DNA from: Azolla caroliniana | Taxonomy: Eukaryota; Plantae; Polypodiophyta | Direction: 5' to 3' | Length of the DNA: 21,086 nucleotides | Assembly (NCBI GenBank): GCA_043228905.1 | Contig: JBHGNT010000544.1 | Location: 1-21,086, forward strand | Shown: piece after piece, positions 1 through 12,172 of the stretch | How the letters are laid out: every line of letters starts with the position of its first letter | How positions within the stretch are numbered: the stretch's first letter is position 1 | The notes under the pieces: generated by a model | The model's input: the letters and a program-made list of their open reading frames with translations, nothing else | Told to the model about the DNA's origin: nothing | Databases searched by the model: none | Position numbers and translations under genes: made by a program

Positions 1-3000
1 AAGCAAAGTTGAGTAGGTCGTAGAAAAGAGCGTGTGAGTAAATTAAAATGTACATACCTGGCTCGTGTGATATGGAATTTTTGTGTTCAAACATGCGAAT
101 CGATGGTAACTACGATATCTATGATATGGAATTGAAAAATCACGATTTTGACACTTAGGTCGAGAGACATGATGAAAAAAGCAAAGTTGAGTAGGTCGTA
201 GAAAAGAGCGCGTGAGTAAATTAAAATGTACATACCTGGCTCGTGTGATATAGAACTTTTGTGTTCAAACATGCGAATTGATGGTAACTACGATATCTAC
301 GATATGGAATTGAAAAATCACGATTTTGACACTTAGGTCGAGAGACATGATGAAAAAAGCAAAGTTGAGGAGGTTGTAGACAAGACCGCGTGAGTAAATG
401 AAAATGTTCATACCTGGCTCGTGTGATATCGGATTTTTGTGTTCAAACATGCGAATTGAAGCTAAGTACGCTATCTATGATATGGAATTGTAAAATCACA
501 ATTTTGACACTCAGGTCGAGAGACATGATGAAAAAAGCAACGTTGAGGAGGTCGTAGACAAGAGCGCCTAAGTAAATTAAAATATTCATACCTGGCTCGT
601 GTAATATCGGATTTTTGTGTTCAAACATGAGAATGGAAGGTAACAACGCTAGTTATGATATGTAATTGAAAACTCAGGATTTTGAAATTCAGGTCGAGAG
701 ACATGAAGAAAATAGCAAAGTTGATGAGGTCGTAGACAAGAGCGCGTGAGTAAATCAAAATGTTCATACCTAACTCGTGTGATATCGGATTTTTGTGTTC
801 AAACATACGAATCGAAGGTAACAACGCTTGTTATGACATGGAACTGAAAAATGACGATTTTCAAACTCATGTAAAGAGACATGATGAAAAAAGAAAAGTT
901 GAGTAGGTCGTACCTGGCTCGTGTGATATCCGATTTTTGTGTTCAAACATGCGAATCGAAGCTATGTACGCTATCTATGATATCGAATTGAAAACTCATC
1001 ATTTTGAAACGCAAGTCGCGAGACATTATGAAAAAAGCAAAGTTAAGGAGGTCGTAGACAAGAGGGCGTGAGTAAATGAAAATGTTTATATCTGGCTTGT
1101 GCGATATCGGAGTTCTGTGTTCAAAAATGCAAATCGAAGGTGACAACGATAGTTATGATATGGAACTGAAAAATCACGATTTTGAAACTCAGGTGGAGAA
1201 ATATGAAGAGAAAAGCAAAGTTGAGGAGGTCGTAGACAAGAGCGCGTGAGTAAATGAAAATGTAAATACCCGGTTGCTGTGATATTGGATTTTTCTGTTC
1301 AAGCATGGGAATTGAAGCTAAGTACACTATCTACGATATCTAATTCAGAAACCATGATTTGAAACTCAGGTCGTGAGACATGATGAAAAAAGCAAAGTTG
1401 AGGAGATCGTAGACAAGAGCGCGTGAGTAAATTAAAATGTTCATACCTAGCTCGTGTGATATCGGATTTTTGTGTTCAAACATGCGAATCGAAGGTAAAA
1501 ACGCAAGTTTTGATATGGAATTGAAAAATCATGATTTTGAAACCCAGGTACAGAGACATGAAGAAGAAAGCAAAGTTGAGGAGGTCGTAGACAAGAGCGC
1601 GTGAGTAAATGAAAATGTTCATACCTGGGTCGTGTGACATCGGATTTTTGTGTTCAAACATGCGAATCGAAGGTAACAATGCTAGTTATGATATGCAATT
1701 GAAAACTCATGATTTTGAAACTCAGGTCGACGGACATGATGAAAAAAGCAAAGTTGAGGAGTGTGTAGAGAAGAGTGCGTGATTAAATGAAAATGTTCAT
1801 ACTTAGCTCGTGTGATATCGGAGTTCTGTGTTCAAACCAGCAAATTGAAGCTAAGTATGCTAAATATGATATGGAATTGAAAAATCACAGTTTTGAAACT
1901 CAGGTCGAGAGAAATGATGTAAAAAGCAATGTTGAGGACGTCGTAAAAAAGAGCGTGTGAGTAAATTAAAATGTTCATACCTGGCTCGTGTAATATCGGA
2001 TTTTTGTGTTCAAGCAGGTGAATTCAAGGTAACAGTGGTAGTTATGATATGGAATGTAAAACTCACGATTTTGAATCTCAGGTTACGAGACACGATGAAA
2101 AAAGAAAAGTTGAGGAGGTCGTAGACAAGACGGCGTGACTAAATTAAAATGTTCATACCTGGCTCGTGTAATATCGGATTTTTGTGTTCAAGCATGCGAA
2201 TCAAAGGTAACTATGCTAGTTATGATATGGAATTGAAAACTCATGATTTTGAAACTCAGGTCGTGAGACATGATGAAAAAAGCAAAGTTGAAGAGGTCGT
2301 AGACAAGAGCGCGTGAGTAAATGAAAATGTTCATACCTGGCTCGTGTGATATCGGATTTTTGTGTTAAAACATGCGAATAGAAGGTTACATTGGTAGTTA
2401 TGATATGGAATTGAAAACTCACGATTTTGAAACTCAGGTCGCGAGACATGATCAAAGAAGCAAAGTTGAGGAGGTCGTAGACACGAGCGCGTGAGTAAAT
2501 GAAAATGTTCATACCTGGTTCGTGTGATATCGGATTATTGTGTTCAAACATGCGAATTGAAACTAAGTACGTTATCTATGACATGGAGTTGAAAAATCAC
2601 GATTTTGACACTCAGGTCGAGAGACATGATAAAAAAGGAAAGTTTAGGAAGTCGTAGACAAGAGCGCGTGAGTAAATTAAAATGTTCATACCTGGCTCGT
2701 GTGATATCGGATTTTTGTGTTCGAAAATGCGAATTGAAGCTAAGTAAATGATATGGAATTGAGACATGATGAAAAAAGCAAAGATGAGGAAGTCGTAGAC
2801 AAGAGGGCATGAGTAAATGAGAATATTCATACCTAGCTCGTGTGACATCGGATTTTTGTGTTCAAACTTGCGAATCGAAGGTCACAACGCTAGTTGTGAT
2901 ATGGAATTGAAAACTCAAGATTTTGAAATTAAGGTCGATAGACATGATGAAAAAAGGCAAGTTGAGGAGCTTGTAGACAACAGTGCGTGAGTAAATGAAA

Positions 3001-6000
3001 ATTTTCATATCTTGCTCGTGTGATATCGGATTTCTTTGTTCAAACATGCGAATGGAAGCTAAGTACGCTATCTATGATATGGAATTGAGAAATCATGATA
3101 TTTGAAACTCAGGTTGAGAGACATGATGAACGAAGCAAAGTTTAGGAAGTCGTAGACAAGAGCGCGTGAGTAAATTAAAATGCTCATACCTGGCTCGTGT
3201 AATATCAGATTTTTGTATTCAAACATGCAAATTGGAGGTAACAACGCTAGTTATGATATGGAATTGAAAACTCATGATTTTGAAACTCAGGTCGCGAGAC
3301 ATGATGAGAAAAGCAAAGTTGAGGAGGTCTTAGAAAAAACAACGTGAGTAAATGAAAATCTTCATACCTTGCTCGTGTGACATTGGATTATTGTGTTCAA
3401 ACATGCGAATCGAAGGTAACAACACTAGTTATAATATGGAACTAGAAAATCACGATTTGAAACTCAAATTTAGAGACATGATGAAAAAAGCAAAGTTGAG
3501 GAGGTCGTAGAGAACAGCGCGTGAGTAAATTAAAATATTCATACCTGGTTCGTGTAATATCGGATTTTTGTGTTCAAGCATGCGAATCGAAGGTAACAAT
3601 CCCAGTTATGATATGGAATTGAAAAAACTCATGATTTTGAAACTCAGGTCACGAGACATGCTGATAAAAGCAAAGGTGAGGAGGTCGTAGACAAGAGCGC
3701 GTGAGTAAATGAAAATGTTTATACCTGGCTCGTGTGATATCGGATTTTTGTGTTCATACATAGGGATCAAAGGTAACAATGCTAGTTATGATATGGATTT
3801 GAGAACTCACGATTTTGAAATTCAGGTAGATAGACATGATGAAAAAAGCAAAGTTGAGGAGGTTGTAGACAAGAGTGCATGAGTAAATGAAAATGTTCAT
3901 ACCTGGCTCATGTGATATTGAATTTCTTTGTTCAAACATGCGAATTGAAGCTAAGTACGCTCTCTATGATATGAAATTGAGAAATCACGATATTTGAAAC
4001 TTAGATCGAGAGACATGATGAAAAAAACAAAGTTTAGGAAGTCGTAGACAAGAGCTCATGAGTAAATTAAAACGTTTATACGTGGCTCCTGTAATATCGG
4101 ATTTTTGTGTTCAAACATGCGAATAGAAGGTAACAGTGCTACTTATGATATGGAATTGAAAACTCCTGATTTTGAAACTGAGGTTGCGAGACATGATGAA
4201 AAAAGCAAAGTTGAGGAGGTCGTAGACAAGAGCGCGTGAGTAAATTAAAATGTTCATACCTGGCTCGTGTAATATCAGATTTTTGTGTTCAAACATGCGA
4301 ATTGAAGCTAACTACGCTATCTCCGATATCGAATTGAAAAATCACGATTTTGACGATTAGGTCGAGACTGCGTCGTGAGATATCGGAGTTCTGTGTTCAA
4401 ACATGTGTATCGAAGGTAACAACGCTAGTTATCATATGAAACTGAGAAATCACAATTTTGAAACAAAAGTAGAGAGACATGAATAAAAAAGCAAAGTTGA
4501 GGAGATCGTAGAAAAGAGTGCGTGAGTAAATGAAAATCTTCATACCTGGCTCGTGTGATATCGGATTATTGTGTTCAGACATGCGAATCGAAGCTAACAA
4601 CGCTAGTTATGATATGGAATTGAAAACTCACGATTTTGATACTCAGGTCGAGAGACATGATGAAAAAAGAAAAGGGTAGGAGGTTGTAGGCAAGAGTGCG
4701 TGCGTAAAGGAAAATGTTCATATCTGGTTTGTGCAATATCAGATTTTTGTGTTCAAACATGCGAATCTAAGGTAAAAACGCTTGTTCTAATATGGAATTG
4801 AAAATAACGATTTTGAAACTCAGGTAGAGAGACATGATGAAAAAAGCAAAGTTGAGGGGGTCGTAGACGAGCGCGTGAGTAAATGAAAATGTTCATACCT
4901 GGCTTGTGTGATATCGGATTTTTGTGTTCAATCATGCGAATTGAAGCTAAGTACACTATCTATGATATGGAGTTGAAAAATCACGATTTTGAAAAACAAG
5001 TCGAGAGACATGATGTAAAAAGCAAAGTTGAGGAGGTGGTAGACAAGAGTGCAAGAGTAAATGAACATTTTCATACCTGGCTTGTGGGATATCGGATTTT
5101 TGTGTTCAAACATGTGAATTGAAGCTAACTACGCTATCTACGATATCGAATTGAAAGATCACGATTTTGACAATTAGGTCGAGACTGGCTCGTGCGATAT
5201 CGGAGTTCTGTGTTCAAACATGCGAATCGAAGATAACAACGTTAGTTGTCATATGAAACTAAAAAATCACGATTCTGAAACTCAAGTAGAGAGATATGAA
5301 TAAAAAAGCAAAGTTGAGGAGATCGTAGACAAGAGCGCGTGAGTAAATGAAAATCTTCATACCTGGCTCGTGTGATATCAGATTATTGTGTTCAAACATG
5401 CGAATCGAAGCTAACAACGCTAATTATGATATGGAATCTAAAACTCACGATTCTGACACTCAGGTCGAGAGATATGATGAAAAAATAAAAGTTGAGGAGG
5501 TTGTAGGCAAGAGTGTGTGAGTAAATGAAAATGTTCATACCTGTTTGTGTGATATCGGATTTTTGTGTTCAAACATGTGAATTGAAGCTAAGTACGCTAT
5601 CTATGATATGGAATTTGAGAAATCACGATATTTGAAACTTAGGTCGAGAGAAATGATGAAAAAAGCAAAGCTGAGGAGGTCGTACACACGAGCGCGTGAG
5701 TAAATTAAAATATTCATACTTGGCTTGTGCAATATCGGATATTTGTGTTCAAGCATGCAAATCGAAGGTAACAAAGCTAGTTATGATCTGGAATGGAAAA
5801 CACATGATTTAGAAACTCAGCTCGCGAGACATGATGAAAAAAGCAAAGTTGAGGAGGTCGTAAACAAGAGCGCGTGAGTAAATTAAAATGTTCATACCTG
5901 GCTTGTGTGATATCGGATTTTTGTGTTCAAACATGCGAATCAAAGGTAACAATTCTATTTATAATATGGAACTGAAAAATCACGATTTGAAACTCAAGTA

Positions 6001-8254
6001 GAGAGACATGATGAAAAAAGCAAAGTTGAGGAGTTCGTAGACATGAGCGCGTGAGTAAATTAAAATTTTCATACTTGGCTTGTGTTATATCGGATTTTTG
6101 TGTTAAAAAATGCAAATTAAAGCTAACTACGCTATCTACAATATCGAATTGAAAAATCACGATTTTGACACTCACGTCGAGACTGGCTCGTTCGATATCG
6201 GAGTTCTGTGTTCAAACATGAGAATCGAAGGTAACAACGCTAGTTATAATTTGGAACTAAAAAATCACAATTTTGAAACTCAAGTAGAGAGACATGATGA
6301 AAAAAGCAAACTTGAGGAGGTGGTAGACAAGAGCGCGTGAGTAAATGAAAATTTTTATACCTGGCTTGTGTGATATCGGATTTTTGTGTTAAAACGTGTG
6401 AATCGAAGCTAACTACGCTATCTCCAATATCAAATTGAAAATTCACGATTTTGACACCTAGGTCGAGAGACGTGATGAAAAAAGAAAAGTTGACGAGGTC
6501 GTAGACAATTGCGCGTGAGTAAATGAAAATTTTCATACCTGGCTCCTGTGATATCGGATTTTTGTGTTCAAACATGCGAATTGAAGCTAAGAACGGTATC
6601 TATGATATGAAGTTGAAAAATCACGATTTTGAGACTCAGGTTGAGAGACATGATGAAAAAAGAAAAGTTGAGGAGGTCGTAGACAAGAGCGCGTGAGTAA
6701 ATTACAATGTTCATATGTGGCTCGTGCGATATCGGAGTTCTGTGTTCAAACATGCGAATCGAAGATAACAACGCTCACATCGAGACTGGCTCGTGTAATA
6801 TCAGATTTTTGTGTTCAAACATGCAAATAGAAGGTAACAGTGCTAGTTATGATATGGAATTGGAAACTCATGATTTTGAAACTCAAGTAGAGAGACATGA
6901 AGAAAAAAGCAAAGTAGAGGACGTCGTAGACAAGAGCGCGTGAGTAAATGAAAATTTTCATCCCTGCCTCGTGTAATATCGGATTTTTGTGTTCAAACAT
7001 GCGAATAGAAGGTAACAGTCTAGTTATGATATGGAATTGAAAACTCATGATTTTGAAACTCAGGTCGCGAGACATGATGAAAAAAGCAAAGTTGAGGAGG
7101 TCGTAGACAAGATGGCGTGAGTAAATGAAAATGTTCATACCTGGCTTGTGTGATATCGGATTATTGTGTTCAGACATGCGAATCGAAGCTAACTACGTTA
7201 GTATTGATATGGAATTGGAAACTCATGATTTTGAAACTCAGGTCGAGAGACATGATGAGCAAACCAAAGTTGACGAGGTCGTAGACAATAGCGCGTGAAT
7301 AAATGAAACTGTTCATACCTGGCTCGTGTGATATCGGATTATTCTGTTCAAACATGCGAATCAAAGCAAACTACGTTGTCAATGATATCGAATAGAAAAC
7401 TCATGATTTTGAAACTCAGGTCCAGAGACATGATGAAAAAAGCAAAGTTGAGGAGGTTGTAGAGAAGAGTGCAACAATAAATGAAAATGTTCATACCTGG
7501 CTCATGTGATATCGTTTTTTTGTGTTCAAGCATGCGAATATAAGCTAAGTACGCTCTCTATGATATGGAGATGAAAAATCACGATTTTGAAACTCAGGTT
7601 GAGAGACATGATGAAAAAGCAAAGTTGAGGAGGTCGTAGACAAGAGCGCGTGGGTAAATTAAAATGTTCATACCTGGCTCGTGTAATATCGGGTTTTTGT
7701 TGTCAAACATGCAAATCGAAGGTAAAAACGCTAGTTATGATATGGAATTGAAAACTCACGTCGCGAGACGTGATTAAAAAAGCAAAGTTGAGGAGGTCGT
7801 AGCCAAGAGGGCGTGAGTAAATGAAAATGTTCCTACCTGGCTCGTGTGACATCGGATTTTTGTATTCAAACATGTGAATTGAAGCTAACAATGCTAGCTA
7901 TGATATGGAATTGAAAAATCACGATTTCGACACTCAGGTAGAGAGACATGAAGAAAAAAGCAAAGTTGAGGAGGTCGTAGACAAGAGGGCGTGAGTAAAT
8001 GAAAATGTTCATACCTGGCTCGTTGGATATCGGATTTTTGTGTTGAAACATGCGAATCGAAGGTCACGACGCTAGTTATGATATCGAATTGGAAAATCAC
8101 GGGTTTAACCCTCAAGTCCAGACACATGATGAAAAAAGCAAAGTTGAGGATATTATAGGCAAGAGTGCGAGAGTAAATGAAAATGTTCCTACCTGGCTCG
8201 TGTGACATCGGATTTTTGTATTCAAACATGCGAACTGAAGTTAACAATGCTAGT
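1..8254. repeat. Tandem satellite array, ~178-bp monomer, roughly 47 diverged copies, continuing off the left edge
   Basis: Consensus ...AAAGCAAAGTTGAGGAGGTCGTAGACAAGAGCGCGTGAGTAAATGAAAATGTTCATACCTGGCTCGTGTGATATCGGATTTTTGTGTTCAAACATGCGAAT... recurs every ~178 bp (ORF-track hits at 87, 265, 443, 621). It includes truncated monomers and ends mid-monomer at ...AACAATGCTAGT (8254). Confidence 0.97.
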
Positions 8255-8612
8255 AACACGTTCGCGTTCACAAGTGGAAGGATCGCGCATAAATGGAAGG
8301 AGAAGGGAAATTTTAGGGGTTTTTCAATGATTTTACAAAACACATTGATACCAGTATCATACAAGTTCAAACATACTATGAAAAAGGTTAAAAATCCACT
8401 ATTTTCGTGATTTAGAAGTAACTAAAAAAAGACGAATTTCAAAAACATACATTCTCAATTTATATCACAAACTTTACAACCAATGTTATTTTATAAGAAA
8501 CGATTTTTGGGAAATCATAAGAATTCAAAACACATGATTTTATATTACTCGATTTGTTACAAGCGGAATGTAGTTACACTTAATAGCCAAATATACATTC
8601 ATGATCACTCCT

Positions 8613-11393
8613 TTACGGAGAATCACTACTATAACTAATATACAATGACGATTCCTCCTCATCATCCTCGGATGTACCAATCAGTGCATTATCTTCGTCA
8701 TAAACCAAATGGTTTGACTCTAGATTATATGTAGCAGATCTCGTTTGCCTTTGACTCGAGCCACCTTGTAGACCTGGTAATTTTTCTTTTATTATATCTA
8801 TTGTTGACTTCCTTAATCGTCCGGCTTTTGTAAGTGTGAAGTCGTACACGATGATATCCACATCAGAGATATCAAGGGTCGAGGTGTTACGAATGTTTCG
8901 CTTCCTCTTCCTACCTCCCCTTCTTGTTTGGCATTCAATCATCTCCAATGTATACTTACCTGTAAAAGCATTTGCACTTCTAGTGTTGTACCAATGAACA
9001 TTTATAGACTTGATCGTGTTTTCTATTTCATGCATTAGCACTTCTAGAATTTTACCAACCCAAAATTGGTGGCCATGTGAGTTCTCATCAGCCGGCGTTG
9101 CAATCAACATCCCCGCGGTGAGCTCTTGCAAATTTCCTTGCCATCTAGCTTCGGCTGCTTTGGTCATCCTTGGTCCCACATAAATGTCTCTTTGTTGTGG
9201 ATGGACCAAGCTGTCATTAATCGCATTTACTAGTCGCTCTGGACTTCTATTTACGCGATCATGTTGCAGCGACCATGTGAATGGCGTTTCCAAATTCCAA
9301 TTATCAACAGATACACAATTGTCTATAATTTCTTTCTGATCAGTATAAAATACATCCCACCATGACGTGTCTTGTTGTGCGGCATATTTCTTGGCGGCCT
9401 CAATATGTTTTCTTTTTTCTTCTAAGGCTTGGAGCCATGACCGTTTTTGTTCTAATACCAAGTCGCTCTGCAACTGTCCTTTCTTCTCAATTGGCATTTG
9501 CTTAGCTCCATGGACAATTGTACTCGGCATACAAAGTAATAACTGGCAACCACCTTCAGGTTCCCATGTTGTAGAAGATGAATATTGTTTAGCATACAAA
9601 AGTGTAGAACCACTTATTCCATTTTTCTTTATCAAAAAAATGTGATTGAAACTTATATTGTTTAACTGAGCAAGCACTTTAACATTCCCACCACCCCCAT
9701 CTAATATATATCTCTTAAAGTCATATACCTCCTTCAAGTGTAACACTTTTGGGCGTGGTGTATATGCATCACAAATGACATCAAATAGTTTAGGTAAAGT
9801 GAAAGCATCATGCCGAGACAACTGTCTGGAGAATGTGCTAAACATCTGATCTATATGGTCATGTGTGTGGCCAACCAAAAGGAAATTGACTTTCACTTTC
9901 CTAAACAATTCTAGGTTGACCAACATACTTAGATAGCCAAATACAGTTGAATTTTTGTTCTCTCTAGCAGTATTGTCCAATTGAATGTATAGAACAGGGG
10001 GGAAAGGTTGTCCCCAAGACATCAAAACTCGGTGAATCACTGTAACTGTTAGGTTAGGGTCATTGTGAACATTGGGGTAAGTAATGAAGACGTGAGGTCG
10101 AACAGACCTATTATAAGCCAAGCATCCCACCAAGTGCATTTGAACAAGGCACTCATCATTGACATCTTTGGGGAGCCTCCGCATATGCGGCAAGCATGTC
10201 TTCTTCTGGTCCATGCCATCTATCATTAAGCACATGTATTGTTCAGGCCTCTTCAAACACTTCTCTCTATGATGCATCGCCTTCCTTCGTTCTAAGGATT
10301 GTGCCTCACGATGCTCTTGTAGTAACTTCTTACTCGTATCCTTTTCCATTGATGTCTTTGCACCTTTAGCCAAACTTTTAAGATTTGCACAAATGGAGCA
10401 ATAACCCATACGTACTTTACGAGGAATAATAACATTTGAAAACCGAGCTCTCCATAATCTTGTGAATTGGCTATAGGTGATAGACTTATTACGTGAGCCC
10501 AGCATTTCAGATCGATAGACATCATAAACTTCCCGACGGGTATAATTATCAGAAAGATGCATCCTACCTGTAGTGGGCATTACTTCACAATTTAACTGAA
10601 AGTAAGTTTTCATCCAGCCAATAGCTAGTCTTCCAATTGCACCTTTCATACTTGGAACCTCTTTACAATTGAGCATCTGATCCCCGCTAAGTAGACGTTG
10701 TTGTACTCTATGTAGCCGCATGTTACTAACACATAACACAATTTTGAATGCAACTCTACATATCTGTTGCGCATGGAAGATATAATACTCGAATGATACT
10801 TTGATCCCCGTACATTTGTCAGATACTAGTTGCATATGTGATCCGAGGTAAGTGTCTTGCTCATCACCGGTCATCGAAAAATAGTATCGCCTTAATTCTC
10901 GCAACTTTGATTTTCCAATCATAGACATACAACCACGGGCACAACATATTTTGTTGACATCAAATCCAATCTGTTTATCTGATGTCACCAAGCTAAATCT
11001 AGCCAGACGAATTCTTCGTGGGATTCTTCTAATATGCATAGGGCTCCCAGATTTCTCTTCCTGCATAGAGGTTGGTGTAACCTTGTTACAGTCTAATTCT
11101 CTGTTCTGACCATCGCCAATGTTATTCAATGTTTCCTGGGCACTTCCTTCATTCTCGGTATCTTTATTAATATCGTATTCTTCAATAGAGAACTCTTCAC
11201 ATGTGTCATTATTTACATTCCCTGTAGATGAGCTCAGACAATATTCTTCGATAGAATATGGTGAGTCGGTCGAAAGACAATATTCTTCAATCGAATATGG
11301 TGACTCTGTTGACAAACAATACTCTTCAGTAGAAAACGATGGGTCTGATGACAAACAATATTCTTCAATCGAGAACGGTGAATCTTCACTCAT
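8613..11393 (-). CDS. Putative DDE/DDD DNA transposase, Sola-like / DUF7869-type, 926 aa
   Basis: Uninterrupted ATG-TAA ORF. It has Cys clusters (CCARGC, CRVAF, CSIC...H) followed by acidic core motifs IDGMDQ (~10210-10223), YIQLDNTARENKN (~9952-9990) and FLLVGHTHDHIDQMFS (~9837-9885). These match, from my recall of the family, an RNase H-fold transposase catalytic triad. Superfamily assignment is tentative. Confidence 0.72.
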   Translation of the reverse strand: MSEDSPFSIEEYCLSSDPSFSTEEYCLSTESPYSIEEYCLSTDSPYSIEEYCLSSSTGNVNNDTCEEFSIEEYDINKDTENEGSAQETLNNIGDGQNRELDCNKVTPTSMQEEKSGSPMHIRRIPRRIRLARFSLVTSDKQIGFDVNKICCARGCMSMIGKSKLRELRRYYFSMTGDEQDTYLGSHMQLVSDKCTGIKVSFEYYIFHAQQICRVAFKIVLCVSNMRLHRVQQRLLSGDQMLNCKEVPSMKGAIGRLAIGWMKTYFQLNCEVMPTTGRMHLSDNYTRREVYDVYRSEMLGSRNKSITYSQFTRLWRARFSNVIIPRKVRMGYCSICANLKSLAKGAKTSMEKDTSKKLLQEHREAQSLERRKAMHHREKCLKRPEQYMCLMIDGMDQKKTCLPHMRRLPKDVNDECLVQMHLVGCLAYNRSVRPHVFITYPNVHNDPNLTVTVIHRVLMSWGQPFPPVLYIQLDNTARENKNSTVFGYLSMLVNLELFRKVKVNFLLVGHTHDHIDQMFSTFSRQLSRHDAFTLPKLFDVICDAYTPRPKVLHLKEVYDFKRYILDGGGGNVKVLAQLNNISFNHIFLIKKNGISGSTLLYAKQYSSSTTWEPEGGCQLLLCMPSTIVHGAKQMPIEKKGQLQSDLVLEQKRSWLQALEEKRKHIEAAKKYAAQQDTSWWDVFYTDQKEIIDNCVSVDNWNLETPFTWSLQHDRVNRSPERLVNAINDSLVHPQQRDIYVGPRMTKAAEARWQGNLQELTAGMLIATPADENSHGHQFWVGKILEVLMHEIENTIKSINVHWYNTRSANAFTGKYTLEMIECQTRRGGRKRKRNIRNTSTLDISDVDIIVYDFTLTKAGRLRKSTIDIIKEKLPGLQGGSSQRQTRSATYNLESNHLVYDEDNALIGTSEDDEEESSLYISYSSDSP
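11229..11384 (-). repeat. In-frame 39-bp (13-aa) tandem repeat x4 at the transposase N-terminus
   Basis: DSPFSIEEYCLSS / DPSFSTEEYCLST / ESPYSIEEYCLST / DSPYSIEEYCLSS, plus a partial fifth copy FSIEEYD near 11172-11192. Confidence 0.9.
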
Positions 11394-11423
11394 GGCTTAA
11401 GGTCTAGATAGGGCTCTCTAAGT

Positions 11424-11477
11424 TATACTCCTCTCTAACCATATACTCCTCCCTAAACATAAACTTCTCTCTAAACA
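11424..11477. repeat. 18-bp tandem repeat x3 just upstream of the transposase ATG
   Basis: TATACTCCTCTCTAACCA / TATACTCCTCCCTAAACA / TAAACTTCTCTCTAAACA. Confidence 0.8.
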
Positions 11478-12064
11478 AAAGCCAAATCAATAGAATGTCT
11501 ATATTATGTAATATTCTATTAAAATACAATACATCTAAAAATTATTTTTAATAAAGTAATTTAACTTAAATTATCAATCATTATATAAACTAGATCTAAA
11601 TGATGTTAAATCAAGTAAAATATAAAACTAATCATTAACAAGCATTGAATATGTTGGATTAATGTTAAAATCATTGGCTAATTAATGACACCCATTTTGA
11701 TATAGAATGTCTCACTCATTGATTCTTTAATGCTCACCATTTTAAATATTAGACTTATCAATCATTGGTTAATTCATGCCCACATCTTTAATACATAACT
11801 ATTGAGAGTCATAAAAATTTTTGCTTTTAGTAATCAATCATTGGTACATTCATGAACCTCTATCATTGTCTCCTTCATAACCTTTGAAGTGATTGTAGGT
11901 TGTTATGAGTATAAAAGATTGATCAATATGTTAGTTTGACTTTGTAATCATTAATACAATCATAAGTTACTATAGTTAATGTGACTATGGTTACAAACTA
12001 ACTATCCTCAAAGTTACCAACATTGGTTAAGGTGACTATGGTTACTTTAACCATGGGTTCAATC

Positions 12065-12076
12065 CCTATAAATAGG
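12065..12076 (+). promoter_or_regulatory. TATA box of the plus-strand ParB-like gene
   Basis: CCTATAAATAGG is a plant-type TATA context. A pyrimidine-rich Inr-like TTTCACTCAC follows ~25-30 nt downstream, and the ATG is at 12217. Confidence 0.65.
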
Positions 12077-12100
12077 AAGACCTCATCATATTTCACTCAC

Positions 12101-12172
12101 CAGAGCGTACAGAGCGTACAGAGCACTCAGAGCACACAGAGCACACAGAGCACACAGAGCACTCAAGGCACA
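12101..12172 (+). repeat. 9-bp minisatellite (CAGAGCRYW) x7-8 in the predicted 5' UTR
   Basis: CAGAGCGTA x2, CAGAGCACT, CAGAGCACA x3, CAGAGCACT, then degenerate CAAGGCACA. Confidence 0.9.

Noticed and set aside
1-8254. Arabidopsis CEN178 satellite
   Set aside because: Only the length matches; I recognise no sequence similarity.
8250-8300. Defined TIR/TSD of the DNA transposon (e.g. piggyBac-like TTAA end)
   Set aside because: The junction reads GTAA-CACG rather than TTAA, and no partner inverted repeat is visible in the window.
87-8410. Family of 61-158-aa hydrophobic minus-strand ORFs (MFEHKNPISHEPG...)
   Set aside because: These are translations of the satellite. The 178-bp unit is not a multiple of 3, frames shift between copies, indels are frequent and most starts are non-ATG.
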